Below, piece after piece: positions 12,301 through 26,194 of a DNA stretch of 64,000 nt; position 1 is the first letter of the stretch; each line of letters begins with the position of its first letter. The DNA is taken from contig CM119383.1 of assembly GCA_051294905.1 (NCBI GenBank), positions 4,216,001 to 4,280,000 on the forward strand, written 5' to 3'. The position numbers and the translations under genes are program-made. The DNA is from Botryllus schlosseri. Lineage: Eukaryota. Below the pieces are notes generated by a model, which had not been told where the DNA came from, did not search any database, and saw nothing but the letters and a program-made list of their open reading frames with translations.

Positions 12301-15300
12301 CTTCTTCCAATAATTCACCTTATAGTTTCTGGTTGTGCTTGAAATAATTTATGGCCGTCTGGGCAATTGCACCTTCCTCTTCAATTTGAGTAAATTTTTA
12401 CAGGACCTCTTTCACAACAACTGATATCGAAAATAGAGGGCAGCGGTGCGTTAACGTGATGAAATCTAAATCTCTTTCGTTCCATCGCATGCGCCGAGTA
12501 ATGTCACTCGGGACTTATGATAACTTAAGTTAACTTACGACAACTTAAAGTTACGGTGGGCCCCGTGTCACTATATAGAACAATTTACTTACCAAGAAAT
12601 GTGGGCAGTCCTGTCCGCATTCTCCGTGATTTCAAATGACATCCTGTTATCATATTTTATATTACCTGCGCTCAGTTTTGATTTGACCACATCGCTCGAC
12701 ATGGACCTTGAAACACGCTGTGAATAATTTGTAGCCACGCTGCTCGAGCGACTATGGTTCCGTCTTTCTTCGCACGCGCGTAATTTCTTGAACATGGCAC
12801 AATTCAGTATCCATACTATAAGCAAAGGAACAAGCAGCGTTGTTGCGAAGAGTATTGATGCTTCGCCTCCAACAGGCAGCACTATGTTGAGTGCAGATAT
12901 CCCGTAACGGGCGCGAATGAAGATAGGGAAAGCCGCGATAACGAGAGCTAGAAGCCATATGAAAAATAATGCCCATGCACTTCTTCGTTTCGTCAGGTAA
13001 CGTCCTTCACTGTTATAAAGAAAAAAGAACCGTAATCGCTTGATAAGTAGTAGGACTATACTATATGTTAATGTATGTTTTATTCCTTTGCCTTACGTCT
13101 TATCAATTTTAGCCTGCCCCGCTCCGGCAAATTCAACGTCGTGCAGATGTATGGGCAGACAATCAATCGACTATACCAGTGGTTCCCAAGGTGGGCGATT
13201 TTGAGGATCAGGGTGGCCAAAATACCAAAAGGGGCGATTGGGGGCGAAACATCCTTCGTTTTTATATTATAAGTAAGACGATATTTTTTTACCTATAAAA
13301 CGGAAGATCATTGACCTGAAAAATCAAAATTTGGACTTTTTTGACATTAAAAAACTTAATTTTCACAACATTTTTACATCATGTATGCAAATTAGATGTT
13401 TCCGCACATAATGTTAGAATTGTACTACCTATCTACATTTCTGGTTGGAACTGTCTGTCCTTACGAAGTAGTTTGGCCTGAAAAAAACTTTTTTGACTTG
13501 AAAACTGACAAATGTTTACATGAAAAAGATTAGTTGTAACGAAATCTAGACCTATGAAGAATTCCAGTAGTTACATCACGCATTATGGTAGAAATAATTA
13601 AAATTTGTTGGAGTACAGCGAAAGATACTTTCCTACATTCTCGGGTAGAAAGTGTCTGTCCTTACTAAGCAGCTTGCCAAGAATGAAGAAAAAACGTTCA
13701 ACAGCAGCAGTTGTTGGCTAGCAACACTGAAGTTGTGCGTACACTGCTGGTGACACACCGTGTTGCTTCATTCTGACAATGTTGTCTACATCAGTGGTTC
13801 TCAACCTTTTTCACCTCGCGGACCGGCAAAATTTCAAAAAATGTCTGGCGGACCGGTGAACTTTCAAAATTGAAATGAAGCCAAAATGTAAAGCATGCAA
13901 CCGTTTTTTGCAATTACATGGTGCTAGAGAGTGACATTTAGAAGGTTTTGATCGTAAATAATTATCTTCATGATACCATCCATGTGATTTTATGGTAGTC
14001 AGTCTGCTGAGTCGATGTAAAATGCCCTTGTCCAGATAAACGTGCTACCGTCCAGAGTCGTTTACAGTCGTTCGCATCGAAGTCTGTGGGCTTAACCGAC
14101 CACGCCAACTCGAATTATATTCTTCTCTTTGACAATATCGAGACAAGAAGCGTTTCGGAGTCGCACCAAGCACCTTTGTCGTGCTACCTTGCTCCTTGCC
14201 CACTGCCACCAGACGCATAGACTACTCTGGCAACTACAAATACAATGCGTGACGCCAGAAAACACCTTACAGCAACTATACCGGCCGTAGGCTACCTGCC
14301 GAAAAAGCACTTCGTCAGCCCAGCCTCAAAAGCGTTGGTCTTGGTCCCCTCATGGCGATAAGCCAAACTTCCCTACAGTTGGGTGGATATTTTCACCTGT
14401 ACTTGTGAAGACATTCGTTGTACTCAGTGTATGCAAAGAGTTTGAGTAGCTTAGTCGCACCAATAGCGAAAATTTTCCATCATTCATGACTCAATCGGTT
14501 TTCTCGCCGCTGAATTTTTGGCACGCCTTTCGTAGATGTTAGCCTAATCTTCATTATTATGTGTTGGTACGTCGTGGCGCGGTAATGGCTGACGCCCAAA
14601 TGCCTGTTTCTATAAATCATGCGTATTTCTCGGAGAAGGGTACCTAATAAGCAAGACATTTAGTGACACTAAATTGTGCAAAGCACGAAAAGAAATTGAA
14701 AAATGTTGGAAAAAGTATCAAAAAAATACGCTATGATTTATGTTCATCAGGGTTGTAATGACTCTCGAGAGTCATTTTTTTTTCAAATGAAAAATGACTC
14801 GACTCGACTCGACTCGACCTGAACTCGAGTCATTGCGTATGACTCGGACCTAGTAATATGACTCAAGACTGGGTCTACCAAGACAGGCATTTCATTGTAA
14901 TTTCGAAGAATAGTAAAGTTATCACACTGATATATTATTTCGTCTATATCAGTACCAGTACTTGAAAATGCTACCAGAAACTGTTGAAAATGAGAGAAAT
15001 GAGGATACGGCATTATGAATGAGAAGCATTCAATATCACCGAGTAGAGTTGTGAAAAGTGGGTTTCACATGACATTAACTCGAAACTGAACAGTCCACAC
15101 AATGACTTGGACTCGGACTCGAGTCAAAACACGATGACTCGGACTCGGCAGTCTACTCAGTGACTTGGACTCGGACTCTACTCGGTGGTGAATTGAAAAT
15201 GACTCGACTTGACTCGAGTCAAAACTATAAAAGTGAGATTGACTTGCGACTCGGAACCTTGTGACTTGGTTACAACCCTGATGTTCATTTACAAAATAAT

Positions 15301-18300
15301 TCCGGGCTATTTTCAAGCTCAGCCCCTCTCCGAATGGGCGGTTTTGGGTGCCCCGGCTACGGTCCTGCACAAAATGAATGAATTGAAGACGAATGCTCGC
15401 GCAAACTGCGCTGTTTAGCGATGAGTCAACTCGTACTGGTTCTATACTTATGTCGCTCGGATGTCGTCAAATGACACGTCTGGAACTTTAAGTCAAATCG
15501 AACATGTTTCCAGCCGGAATGTTACCTCACAAAGTTCTGAATCAGTTTAAAACTTGATGCTTTAGTTATTTTATCAATGGAAAAGCCTTTTACATTGCAT
15601 CTTGAATTTAAGATATAAAATTGTAATATACTCGGCGGACCGGCAGGAATGTCGTCGCGGACCGGCGGTTGAGAACCACTGGTCTACATCACAATTTCAA
15701 TCATGCGCTTCTTGATATAAGAACCAATGCCCGATTGCCCAAGCAGCCTTGCGTTACTTAGGATATTGCGGTGCCTTGAGCACAACACCATATCAACCTA
15801 TTTGTTTCACATTTGACCGTTTATGATTCACAATGAGCAGACAATAGACCGTATACAATGATATGATAAGCCTATAAAGTAGGTTACAAGCTGTAAAATG
15901 TCAAATGATAAGTTCACCGACAGTGCAAACATCCAGAATAAAACGAAATGCAGGTTGCAAACATGTTTTGACTGTGTAAACAATTTGACGATATTTTTTA
16001 CCTAACGCTTCAATTTTGACAAAATTCTGACTTATTTTGACATATCGAAAAAAATCGCCCTAATTATAAGGAGTAAAATAATTATCATTAATAATAATTT
16101 TCTTCGTATTCGCGTCGCACAAGTTTGTTGTCTTCAAAAATATCTCGTCGAAGGGGGTGAGTCTGAGTCGTTATTCGAGATTTGAAAAGAGACCTTTCAG
16201 TGAATGATTTTCTGAGGTATGTAATATATGTGACAGATCGAAAGCAAGATTCCGCCTATAGTTCTGGCAAAACTGCTGAATTATGGATGTATGGAAAAGT
16301 ATTTCCATACATACTTGGAAATTTACATACCATACGTGCATATTTCCACATTCCATACAGAAATTCCGCTCCATACCAAACCGTATTTCCAAATCATACC
16401 ATGCCATGCCAGACTTGGACAACTAGATAATTGTAGCTGTGTAATTACACTAATTAGAGCGTAAGACCTTGGTAGCGATTAGAGCGATATGCCGTTGATC
16501 AATTCTAATCTAATTTGTAAAATGTTTCTTTTCTCCAATTCTAATTCTAATCTAATTTGTGAAATGTTTTTATGCTCTAATTTGAATTCTAATATAATTT
16601 CTGGTTTTCTGGAAAATGCCACAAGGGAACTGTACAGTGCGAAACGAGCCAAGCTTGCTTTACATACACTTGTATTCCTCATCCAAATGAAAATATGCTC
16701 TGATTTGATAGGAACTGAACTTGATTCAATTTCCAGGTTTTCGCGATTTCAGCGATTCTAATTCTAAACTAATTTGGAAAAGGCTGCGTATAGCTATAAG
16801 ATACAGTTAACCAAACCGAGTCACAAAAGTTAAATGCTTATTACGACATCCCTGCGACAAACGGCATATCTTGATAGCGTACAGCGTCTGCAGTTGAATT
16901 CGACAATGTCATTGTACCGTGATGGTATCCGATGGCTTGTCTATCTGTACCTTATCGGTAAGTATTTAAACTATGCATAGTAACCAGGTTGATTGGAGGC
17001 CAGCAGTGCGATGACTAAGATTTCAGAGAATTGCGACCCACGTAAGAGTAAGAACAAAAGCGGGCCGCGCTGTAAGTCGCCAATTCAGAGTTAATCATAA
17101 AAATATTACCGGGTTTGGTGTAAAATCCCCAATCCCCATTGACGTCCAAACGCCATCAATACCACAACAACAATTTCGGAGAATAATGCGTCATTTTGCT
17201 CACCACCATGGCAATGAAAATAATCAAGATATGGCATCACTTCCTTCCTAGTGTTTATTTGTGCATTTGTTAAACTTAATCTGACTCGGGGTGCATCAGT
17301 ACAGTCGTTTTGGTAGTGTGATATACATATGGACGAATTGAATTAGTTCTTTCCAGACGAATCAGGTATCCCATACACCAGTGGTCAGGAACCTTTTTTG
17401 TCCGAAGAGCCATGTTTGCCTTATTTTTTCCATCTCAACTCCCAAAGAGCCATACATGTCAATCAACTGTTACGTCACAATTGAAAATTTGTGACGTCAT
17501 GGTAGAACTAATTTGGACTCACTACATCGGATTCCTCGTGAGCGCCATATTTTCTCTGTAAAAACTGGTATCTATTGTTCGAAAATAAAGCTCGAAACGT
17601 GACGTAACGCACAGACGTACCAAGCCTCATTGATAACGCAATTCATCGTAAGTAGATTAGAATTTTATTATAGTTACTCCTGATTACCCCTGACGAGTGT
17701 CAGCCGAAAATATCCGGGTTTATTTCAATATGAATATACTATTCAATTTATTTTAACTGATATTAATCGGATGTGGCTGTCACACTGATTCCGAAAGTCG
17801 AAATGCTTCTCAATTCTCAAAGTATTCGGTAACATAACGTTGCGGTATTCGCAAACATTTCATCGCCGGTACTACACAGAGTTACTAATCCAGAACGTGG
17901 ATAGCTATGGCGTTGTTTGTAATTCGAGTTTGTAATTGTGAATGTCACATCGACAACAGTTCATTTCACGCCATAGATCAGGAAGACAATGTGTATTGGA
18001 AAACTGCGCTTTGAAATGGGCGTCGCCATGTCTGTTATGCTCTTTGATTAATCAATGTATCGCACAATGCAAGATTTTGAGTCGGGTACATAGAATTCGC
18101 GAGTTATATTGGCCGCCGGCGTGACAGTCACTCAAATTTGATGATTTTGAAAAGGGGGGGTCCGAGCCCCTAAACCTGAAGACCGCATTTTCTTTACCTC
18201 TCAAAGACATGTTTATACTGCCCCGAGAATAATTATTCTAGCCGTTATGAAAATTTACCAATATTGATCAATTCAGTACAAAAATAAATATTTGGCAAAG

Positions 18301-20329
18301 AGCTATATCTTATACCCAAAAGAGCCTTATATGGCTCGCGAGACATAGGTTCCCGACCACTGCCATACACCGAATCCGCTGATTCAACTATCGGCGTGAC
18401 CATCCGATTTCGCTTGTCAGTTCAAAATGGAGGAGAATACAATCCCCGACTTAGCCCATCCCTGATAATACCGCGTGGCGTTTCGACCACGTTGGTCGTT
18501 TTAAACCTTATAATTCCTCAGCTGCAGACTTTGATCACGGTCCACTTTCACCCTAGGCTTTTGTAAGACACCGATTACGCAGATCGTGTGACAATAAGGA
18601 GGAGTGTAGATCAAGAGTGTGGGTCTGTAAAACTTGAAACACCTTAAATGTTACTGCGCGAAGCCAATTTCGCGTATCCAATAGGTGTTCGATTGGCCTA
18701 CGCTGACCTAAACTTCTACTCTTCCGGTATTATCTTATAATGACAGCAATATTTTTTCTATATACACTAGCAAATCCGTGCCAACATAAATAATTTAGAC
18801 TGTTGGACCAGTAATGTATATGGATAACTTCCGGCCTCAGGGAGTGAGGATCGACCTCCAAATATTCAAATACGGAGGCATCTTATTTCCCAGCGTTTTC
18901 GAACATTTACTGGGTATATCACTCTACTGCCCCTTGATATTATCGCAATAGATAAATATTAATTGGTGCATTTTTTATTGTAATTTTCCATAGAAATGAT
19001 TTTGTTGAACTTGAGGGGAAATTTCTTCAGCTTCGGTTGCTGGTGTTCGAATCCTCTTTATTTCAAGTTTTTATTTCAACTTTTCGTACTATTCGTTCAA
19101 CGTGCGTGCCTCGTCTCAATGTAGGCTATTGTTCCATTTTCATCACTATATTAATAGTTCATGGTGATGGTTTTTGATTCACAAACTTTTGCAAGTCGTG
19201 AATACCTGTTTTGACCTTTCTATTCTATCACAATCTTTTTATGAGTTGAAGTGATACAAACGTTAATAATGTGGACAAAAATAAAATCGTCTCACCTGTA
19301 TCGAAACGGCTTTGTGACCGCCAGGTAACGATCAACACTCGCAACAGCCATCGTGTACACCGAGATGGCAAATGACATGATTGTTGAAAACCCGATGAAG
19401 TGTGCCATTGACTGTGCCATGTGGACTGTGATTGAATACTCGTAATACGCTCCACGAAAGGGCATCGGTCGAAGGTAGTACGCGTAAGTCACAAATATGC
19501 AAAAAGGAAGCACAAACACTCCGACCGTCAGGTCACCGAGGGCCAGCGATATCTTGAAGTATCCCGGGACATTTCTCATTATCCTTGTTCTCGCTGCCAC
19601 CACCAGAACCAACGCATTTGATACGATCGTAAGTAACGCCAGTATACCATCGAAAAACATGACGAACGGTATCACTGCTTTGCATTCCCGAGGCAGGCAG
19701 TCGCGTACCGATAATTGTCCTGCCGAAAGCCTGCCTTGTCCACATGCAAAATTACGGCAAAACGGAATATATGGATTGTAAATCTCGGAGTAATCTACTG
19801 GAATAAATACGTCTGGTGACGACGAGTCGTTTTTCAACGTTTTTCGTTCAGCAGCATCCAGAAACTCCTTGACCATGCGGCACGACATATTTACCAATTC
19901 CATATCATTCTGAGCCCTGAAATCCGCCAGGAAAGAACCGGGCCGCTGCGGATTATAAGAAATTCTCCATGGGATAAATGTCTTGTTTGCGTCGCATACG
20001 GTTCGGAATTCGTCCTGGTGGCACGCGGCTAAATAGGTGACGTTGTAGTACTCGTTATGAGAAAAGTCTTTGTTGTAGCAGATCTGCGACATGTACTTGG
20101 ACGATCCGTCCTTTCTGTCGCAAAACTCCATAAACAGATAGTAGTTCAATATCGATTTTCCATGATAACTGAATTTAGCTTTAGGACAATCATCCGTGTG
20201 CTTTGTACCAGAAAAGTCTTCCACATTCGTGGCATCGGGTGTCTGCTCTGTAAAGTTCCGGTTTCCAGTGATGCATTCGCAGACGTTTGAAACTACCAGT
20301 GTCACGAGAAGCCTTGCAAATGAACTCAT
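9335..20329 (-). CDS. Class A (rhodopsin-like) GPCR, 631 aa, with signal peptide and about 200-aa Cys-rich N-terminal ectodomain; 4 coding exons
   Basis: Exons 20329-19296, 13009-12593, 11259-11014, 9533-9335 (1896 nt). All introns are GT-AG and phase 2, and the frame joins. Motifs: TM1 SNALV, TM2 SLALGD, TM3 VDRYLAV, TM4 W, TM5 P, long ICL3, TM6 AFTVALVP, TM7 NSFWNCIIY, helix 8 NKQFRRAV. Confidence 0.9.
10078..10377 (+). mobile_element. hAT Buster-type MITE (GPCR intron 3)
   Basis: TIR cagtggttctcaa / ttgagaaccactg; TSD gtcgaaat / gtctacat (6/8); homologous to 54672-54985. Confidence 0.85.
11600..12330. mobile_element. Cluster of degraded Penelope-like 3' fragments in both orientations
   Basis: Matches to the 61165-61719 element (gaatatactattcaattg, gtacctcc, gttgctgacgatta). 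Hammerhead cores are mutated. Confidence 0.65.
13792..15681 (+). mobile_element. Non-autonomous hAT Buster-type element with nested MITE
   Basis: TIR cagtggttctcaacc / ggttgagaaccactg; perfect TSD gtctacat; gcggaccggc subterminal repeats. Confidence 0.9.
14748..15280 (-). mobile_element. hAT MITE, CAGGGTTGTAA / gactcgagtc-rich family (nested)
   Basis: TIR cagggttgtaa / ttacaaccctg; perfect TSD atgttcat. Confidence 0.92.
16416..16790 (+). repeat. tggacaactag-family AATTAG-rich dispersed repeat
   Basis: Colinear with 53066-53557 and 59203-59573. Confidence 0.7.
17379..18362 (+). mobile_element. hAT Buster-type MITE containing a Penelope-like fragment (about 17680-17745)
   Basis: TIR cagtggtcaggaacc / ggttcccgaccactg; perfect TSD ccatacac. 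Confidence 0.88.
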
Positions 20330-21408
20330 AACTGATAGATGCCTAATCTAGGTTATCTGCGATAATTTATTAGCTATTAAGAAAAGAAACTTTCAAATCA
20401 TATCCACAAAAGGATAGCAATCAATCTCCGACGAAGTTATGGGAGAGATCCAAACTATAAGTCGGAACACTTTCCAACAATAATCGTTATCGCTTCATTC
20501 GATGGAACAAATTGTGGAATGGTGTTCAGCAAACTTTGTGATACATGATCAATATCCAATGGCTTACTGCCCGTGCTTGCAATTCGTGACAATATCAAAT
20601 CGAAACCTCAAAAGCTTTAAAATCTTGTAACGGCGCGGGCAGAAATTAAACCGCATGCTGTCTTAATAAAATCTAAGATCATTTGATTCATTCTATTCAT
20701 TTGTATCTAGCATTGTTAAACCATAATCATGCCTGGGATATATAGAACATCGAATATCCATAAAGCTACAGCTAGGAAGCGGAAATCATACAAGCTATAG
20801 GCCCTTCATGTTTACTTCTGACGGATCGTTCGCGTTTGAATTGACTTGATTATGGTCGCTTCCTTGACGTCACATGCGTAGCGTCCGATCAGGTAGTTCT
20901 CGATATCGCTGAATCATGCCAGTCATTTCATTAGGATACGTGACTCTGACAGACGATTTGTACACAATGCACATGTCGCTTGATTCCAATCAGAGCATAG
21001 AAGCACGCGCCTTCGTTCTGTTGAAGGTAATTAAGGCATAGCCTACGACTAGACTAGATCATATTCTGATAGCTGGCAACGGATCAGCTGAAACCGTGAT
21101 GAAATAACTCGCGGTTGTGACAACATTTCGGTAAAAAAAGGTTATACATTGTTTATTTTACCTATTTAGAAAATATCCGGATTGCGACTATACGGAAATA
21201 TATATAGGGCTATAAGCCAAGCATGTAACAGCGAAGAAAGTGATTCATTCTATTACTGACATCAATCGCGCGAAAAAGTCGATGTCTCGCGAGGCGGGGC
21301 TTTACCCGGGATATTATTCAGAAACACCGCTTCATTCAATGTCTGGAGAAGCCCAGAGACAAAGTGGATCATGATGCAAGTCGCAGTAAACAACTATATG
21401 CTGTAAAC

Positions 21409-22598
21409 CAGAGGTCTCAAACACGCGGCCCGCGGGCCGCATGCGGCCCGCCACAGCATTTTGTGCGGCCCGCGATGACAATTTGGATTTTCAAATATTT
21501 GATAATATATAAGTGCCAAATATATCTTTTCAGGTTTAAAAGTTGAGATTCCTCTCAAATTACTCTGAAAGCCTGAAACTATTCATCAAACTTCACCATC
21601 ACATCAATTAGAAACGCTACCATGCAGTATAGAAGATTCATTATTTCGTCACATTTCCAATTCATGATGATAAAACTGTACCCTTAGATAATTTGTGACT
21701 GAAATTTGTAAGTTGTGACTGGGACGCGAACTTTCGTAGAATTACTCGGACTCCGGCTGACTCGATGACAAAATGAAAATGACTCCAGTGAAACGCCGTA
21801 TTGGTTGCAGCCATATGAATGCAACAAACTATTCACGTGTCATGGGGAATAGTAATAGATCGGAAGGTAGTAGCTTGGTATTCCGCTATCTAAGCAAGTC
21901 GTTATGGCAAACATTGGGAATCTGTTAGTTACATCTTGGGTCCGTACATACACATGTTATTAAGGCCACTTAAAGGTAAGGAATATACCGCAGTGGTACG
22001 CTCCAACGATGTAACGATGTTCGGCGTTCCTACATTTTTATTACTATGACACATGCAAAAATATATATATTGCTATCTACATGCCCCAATATTCCAAGGT
22101 ATTTGACCAAGGACAATCATGAGATTAATAGCCCAGTTATCAGGGGTATACCCGAATTCTGGATTGGGCTACACTGCTCGACCCTAAATTCTGTGATATC
22201 ATATCTTATCAATCTGTTAAATTCAAAATATTGATAGCGGCTGCAAAATTATAACGAGATAGCTTTTATGATGACATCATGCATTTGTCCGCTCGCATGG
22301 TGTCTATATATTATAATTATTATCTATCAAGCACAACGGCGATTCGATTCAGATAGTTATAAATGTGATTATTTTTTCGTGCCAGGTCTAAATTGCTACA
22401 AAAGTAAATGGCATTTTTACGATGTGTGTTGAATGTCAGTCTGGTACGTCGGCACACTTTGAATAGGACAATTTCATCCCGTCAAATAAGGCCTAGTCTA
22501 CTTGGAAAGACATATAATCCCCCTATAGATGCTGCGGCCCGCGGCGTCGTCAAAACTGGAAAATTGGCCCGCGTGCACATTTGAGTTTGAGACCTCTG
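21409..22598 (+). mobile_element. Non-autonomous hAT Buster-type element
   Basis: TIR cagaggtctcaaac / gtttgagacctctg; perfect TSD ctgtaaac; gcggcccgcgggccgc subterminal palindromes. Confidence 0.9.
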
Positions 22599-24074
22599 CT
22601 GTAAACGAAAGAATGGAAGAGAGAGAAAATCATCAGATAGCTAAGAAACCCTGACCGAATTGAATGAATATAAAGAATCACCGAGATCCTAATTGTGGGG
22701 CTCACCACAAGGTCGTAGCCTTTATGGCCGGTGACAATTTGATGAAAAGTGCTAGGAATAAGAGAAAGCGTCATCGAGTACTGTACTTCAAAACTAGTTT
22801 CAGTTCTTATACCTCAATCGGTGTGCACTTTTCGATACTTGCCATTAATAATGGAAGAGTACGACGCTGTACAAATGAAAACGTGAAGGAATTCATGGGT
22901 ATCGATCAGACACCAGGCGTTGGGAGTGCAATCCCGCCCTGGCATTGATAGGAATGGCCAGAAATCGAACAAAGTTAGCGATCTGTTTTAAACGCAACCT
23001 GGCGATATCCAAATCTCTAATTATGGTAGTAACTCCAAGCTGTAATGAATTTTTTTAATCTTAAATATGACGATATTGAGCATAATTTCAGTCATCCCTC
23101 TTATTATCATTTTAAAAAACAACTTGAAATGCAACGACAACCAAACGAAGGTTGTGCAATGCGTATATTTTTGTGAAATAACATAATTTTACAGTAATAG
23201 TAACATATTTTGCCAAAATTCATTGAATGTAACTTCCCGTAGTTGTCTCCATTACAGCAAAAATTGAAATTGAACGAAAAATTAGGATAACCAAAGCATG
23301 GTAAAAAATTATAATTTTTCTCGAGAATTTTGCAGGACATATCACACTATTACGGTTATAAGTATTAGAATAACTAACTAACTCACCACTTGCTTGAACT
23401 GGAAACGCAATGCAGCTAATCAGAAATCGAAACTGAAGATTGGGTCCCAGGTATAACCAAACTGTTTATGAGCTCCTGCTCTGAAAAGACTCTAAGGATC
23501 CCTATTACTATAGTTGTGAATGAGAAGATCTTACCGGTCAATCGAAATTCTCGTAGATTTTTAACAACGAAATACTGTAAGGTATTATGATGATACACTT
23601 CGCTCCAGACAAATCGCCACGACTGACATTGTGCGAACGGCTCCAAGCTTTGCTTTGACTATTCGGCCACAGTATCTTCTACAAATAGTGGCGTATCGAC
23701 AATAACGAGAAAAGCAAATTCTTGTTATCCTAACAAGCACCGGTAATAATGATTGATGCATATCCATCTAACAAAACATGCAGATCGGTACGAGGGTTAA
23801 TTTCTACAATATTATATATCCAGGCAAGCGTAGCCGAGAATGTCTGCCGAATCTCTACCTATAAGTACATGAGCGTAGATTTCTACTTTCTTAATTATTC
23901 AGACAAGCGTAGCCCACGCCAGATTGCAATGTTTATCAATCAACAACTGAACGTGCACTAGGTAAAGAGTGTAAATTTCTCCACAATAATTTCTCGTAAC
24001 AAAATTGTGATGTTATTGAAGCATTCCATGCAATATACCTTGCGGGAATAAGGTTTTTGACTTGGCAATGTAAA

Positions 24075-24158
24075 GTCACATGACGTCACCGGTTCATTTC
24101 AGGCTCGTGTTCACAGAGAACCAAAACCTTTCAGGGATTCACATTCGCGCCATCCCTA
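24075..24158 (-). mobile_element. Terminal remnant of the TAGGGATG family
   Basis: Ends in ccatcccta, with a tgacgtcac motif and gttcac repeats as in the left end of 1059-2043. Confidence 0.55.
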
Positions 24159-26194
24159 TTACATAGTATACCATTGTTTAATTTCTGTCCAAATTCTGTC
24201 GCCTTTATGAATAAATTGAAGAATGGCAGAGAAAATAATAATGATTCTGATTTGCAGCTGTTCGTTTGTAGTTGAATTTGAGCGCTGCTTCATTGGCAGC
24301 GGCGCTCGGAAATTTAATATCGATATTCACGAGTTGGAAAGTGTACCTGGGAAATAATAGTAGTCATGATATTCTCCTTTGTATTTTGATGAAATTACAA
24401 TTCAAGAACCACACGTATTAGTTGCAGTTTTCTACGATCTCCATTCATCATTCGAACTATAGCGGGGCCGACGATAACTTATAAGTTATAGTACTCAACA
24501 TAAGTCCCGGAACTAGCCTTAGAACAGCGACATTAACTGGATGAATGATTGGATTGTTACTCTTCTTGGAATGAGATATAGCCTACTGTGAAAATGCAGA
24601 TCTTTCGGCAGAAAAAATATTCCATTTAAATCTGTGTTTCTTAAATACAAATTGCGAGTGTGGTATAACCGACATAATTGACGATTCCATTGAGTCTACC
24701 ATTTTTCAGAATTCAAGAAGAGGACTTGTTTGCGGGCAAGTAAAACGAAAGTAAAATGGTTACGTTTGAGTTTGATAGTTGCAAGCAAAAATAACAAAAA
24801 CAAAGCGAAAGTTACAAAAATACACACAAAAACAAGAAATCAAATTTATTTTATAGATTCATAAATACTTTGCGGTTCCCTCAACTTTTGTCAAGAAGGA
24901 ATGCTCATTGATAACAAGATTGTGAAATTGTTTAAACCAGGGGTGTCATAGATACGGCCCGCCAGATGATTTGATCCGGCCCGCGAAGCAATTCTGAGTA
25001 GATTGAGATAATACCTTCATCTTCCAGCACATCTCTATCAATTATTGAGAAATACATCCATTAAATAATCCCTCAATACAGCAAATGTCGAGTATATCCA
25101 TAAGCCTTATTATAACCACCAGACAGCGATGTTCAGTCAGTTCAGATGTCATTCTGTTCGCCATAACGAACAATTCGGCGAAGAGAAGGCAAAAAGAAAG
25201 CCTAAAAGTGCACACTGAGTTCAGACTTTTATGGAAAAATTGACCCAAACGTAGTTATTCACAGAAGCGAAAACATCAAGGCAAAGCGCAACCGATATAT
25301 CGGAATAGAATATAATAGTTACACAAAAATGTTATTCAAATATCTGTGGTTGCACTGCTGTATCACTTTTGACTTCTGACAAGGATTCCTGGCCTAGAGA
25401 AACCCGAATCGCGATTAAATAATAATGAAGCATTTTCGGTTAAATCTATATTGCATTCCTCTCTGCGCATACGCGGGACTACCGCCAGAGTACGACTTAA
25501 ACACTATAGTTGCCTATATCGTCGTTAAAGCCACTTTTTAGCCGTTTATAACTGTATTTAACTATAGATAGCTGACATATGGAGGTTAGTTAGCTATAAT
25601 TCAACCGGCCATTCATCGTATTTTTTATTCCATTGTTTGCAAATAAAGTTGTCGCTAGAATAGAATCCCTGTGTTCCGTTATATAACATGATATGCCGGG
25701 GCCTACGATACATAAAAAATATCCTAGGCCCCGGATATGCTATTGTATATATATATATATATGCATTTAATAAAGTATACAAGTGAAAAACGATGGCATT
25801 GAGGCAGTGGTGTAGCAGCCACTTGGCGGTTAGGGCTCTGCGCCAGGGGTGGCAGGCTCCAAAGGGGGCGGCAAATGAGGCTGTACGTGTACAAGTGCAC
25901 ACTGCACAGTGTACGCAGCCGGCTAGAGCAGCGTAATTAGTAGTCCCGAGAGCTAAATTTTCATCAAACTGGTGCCAATCGAAAGCTAGCGTCGCACTGA
26001 TTCCGACAACACACATTAAAATGTGAGCATGGCAATGGAACGACTCCGAAATAGCCGTCAAGGCCGATTGTTCCGAACAATCGAAGAGCCGCAACACAAT
26101 GACCAATCGACCATAATAATGAAAAGTGTATCGAACGATTATGTTCGCAGCAATGCGGATTTTCAGACGGTTATTTCGGGGTGGTTCCGTTGCC

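Noticed and set aside
14783-15418. Recurrent MTRV.../SSQVES ORFs (also at 26.5-27.1, 48.4 and 52.5 kb)
   Set aside because: They are translations of gactcgagtc subterminal repeats of a non-coding MITE.
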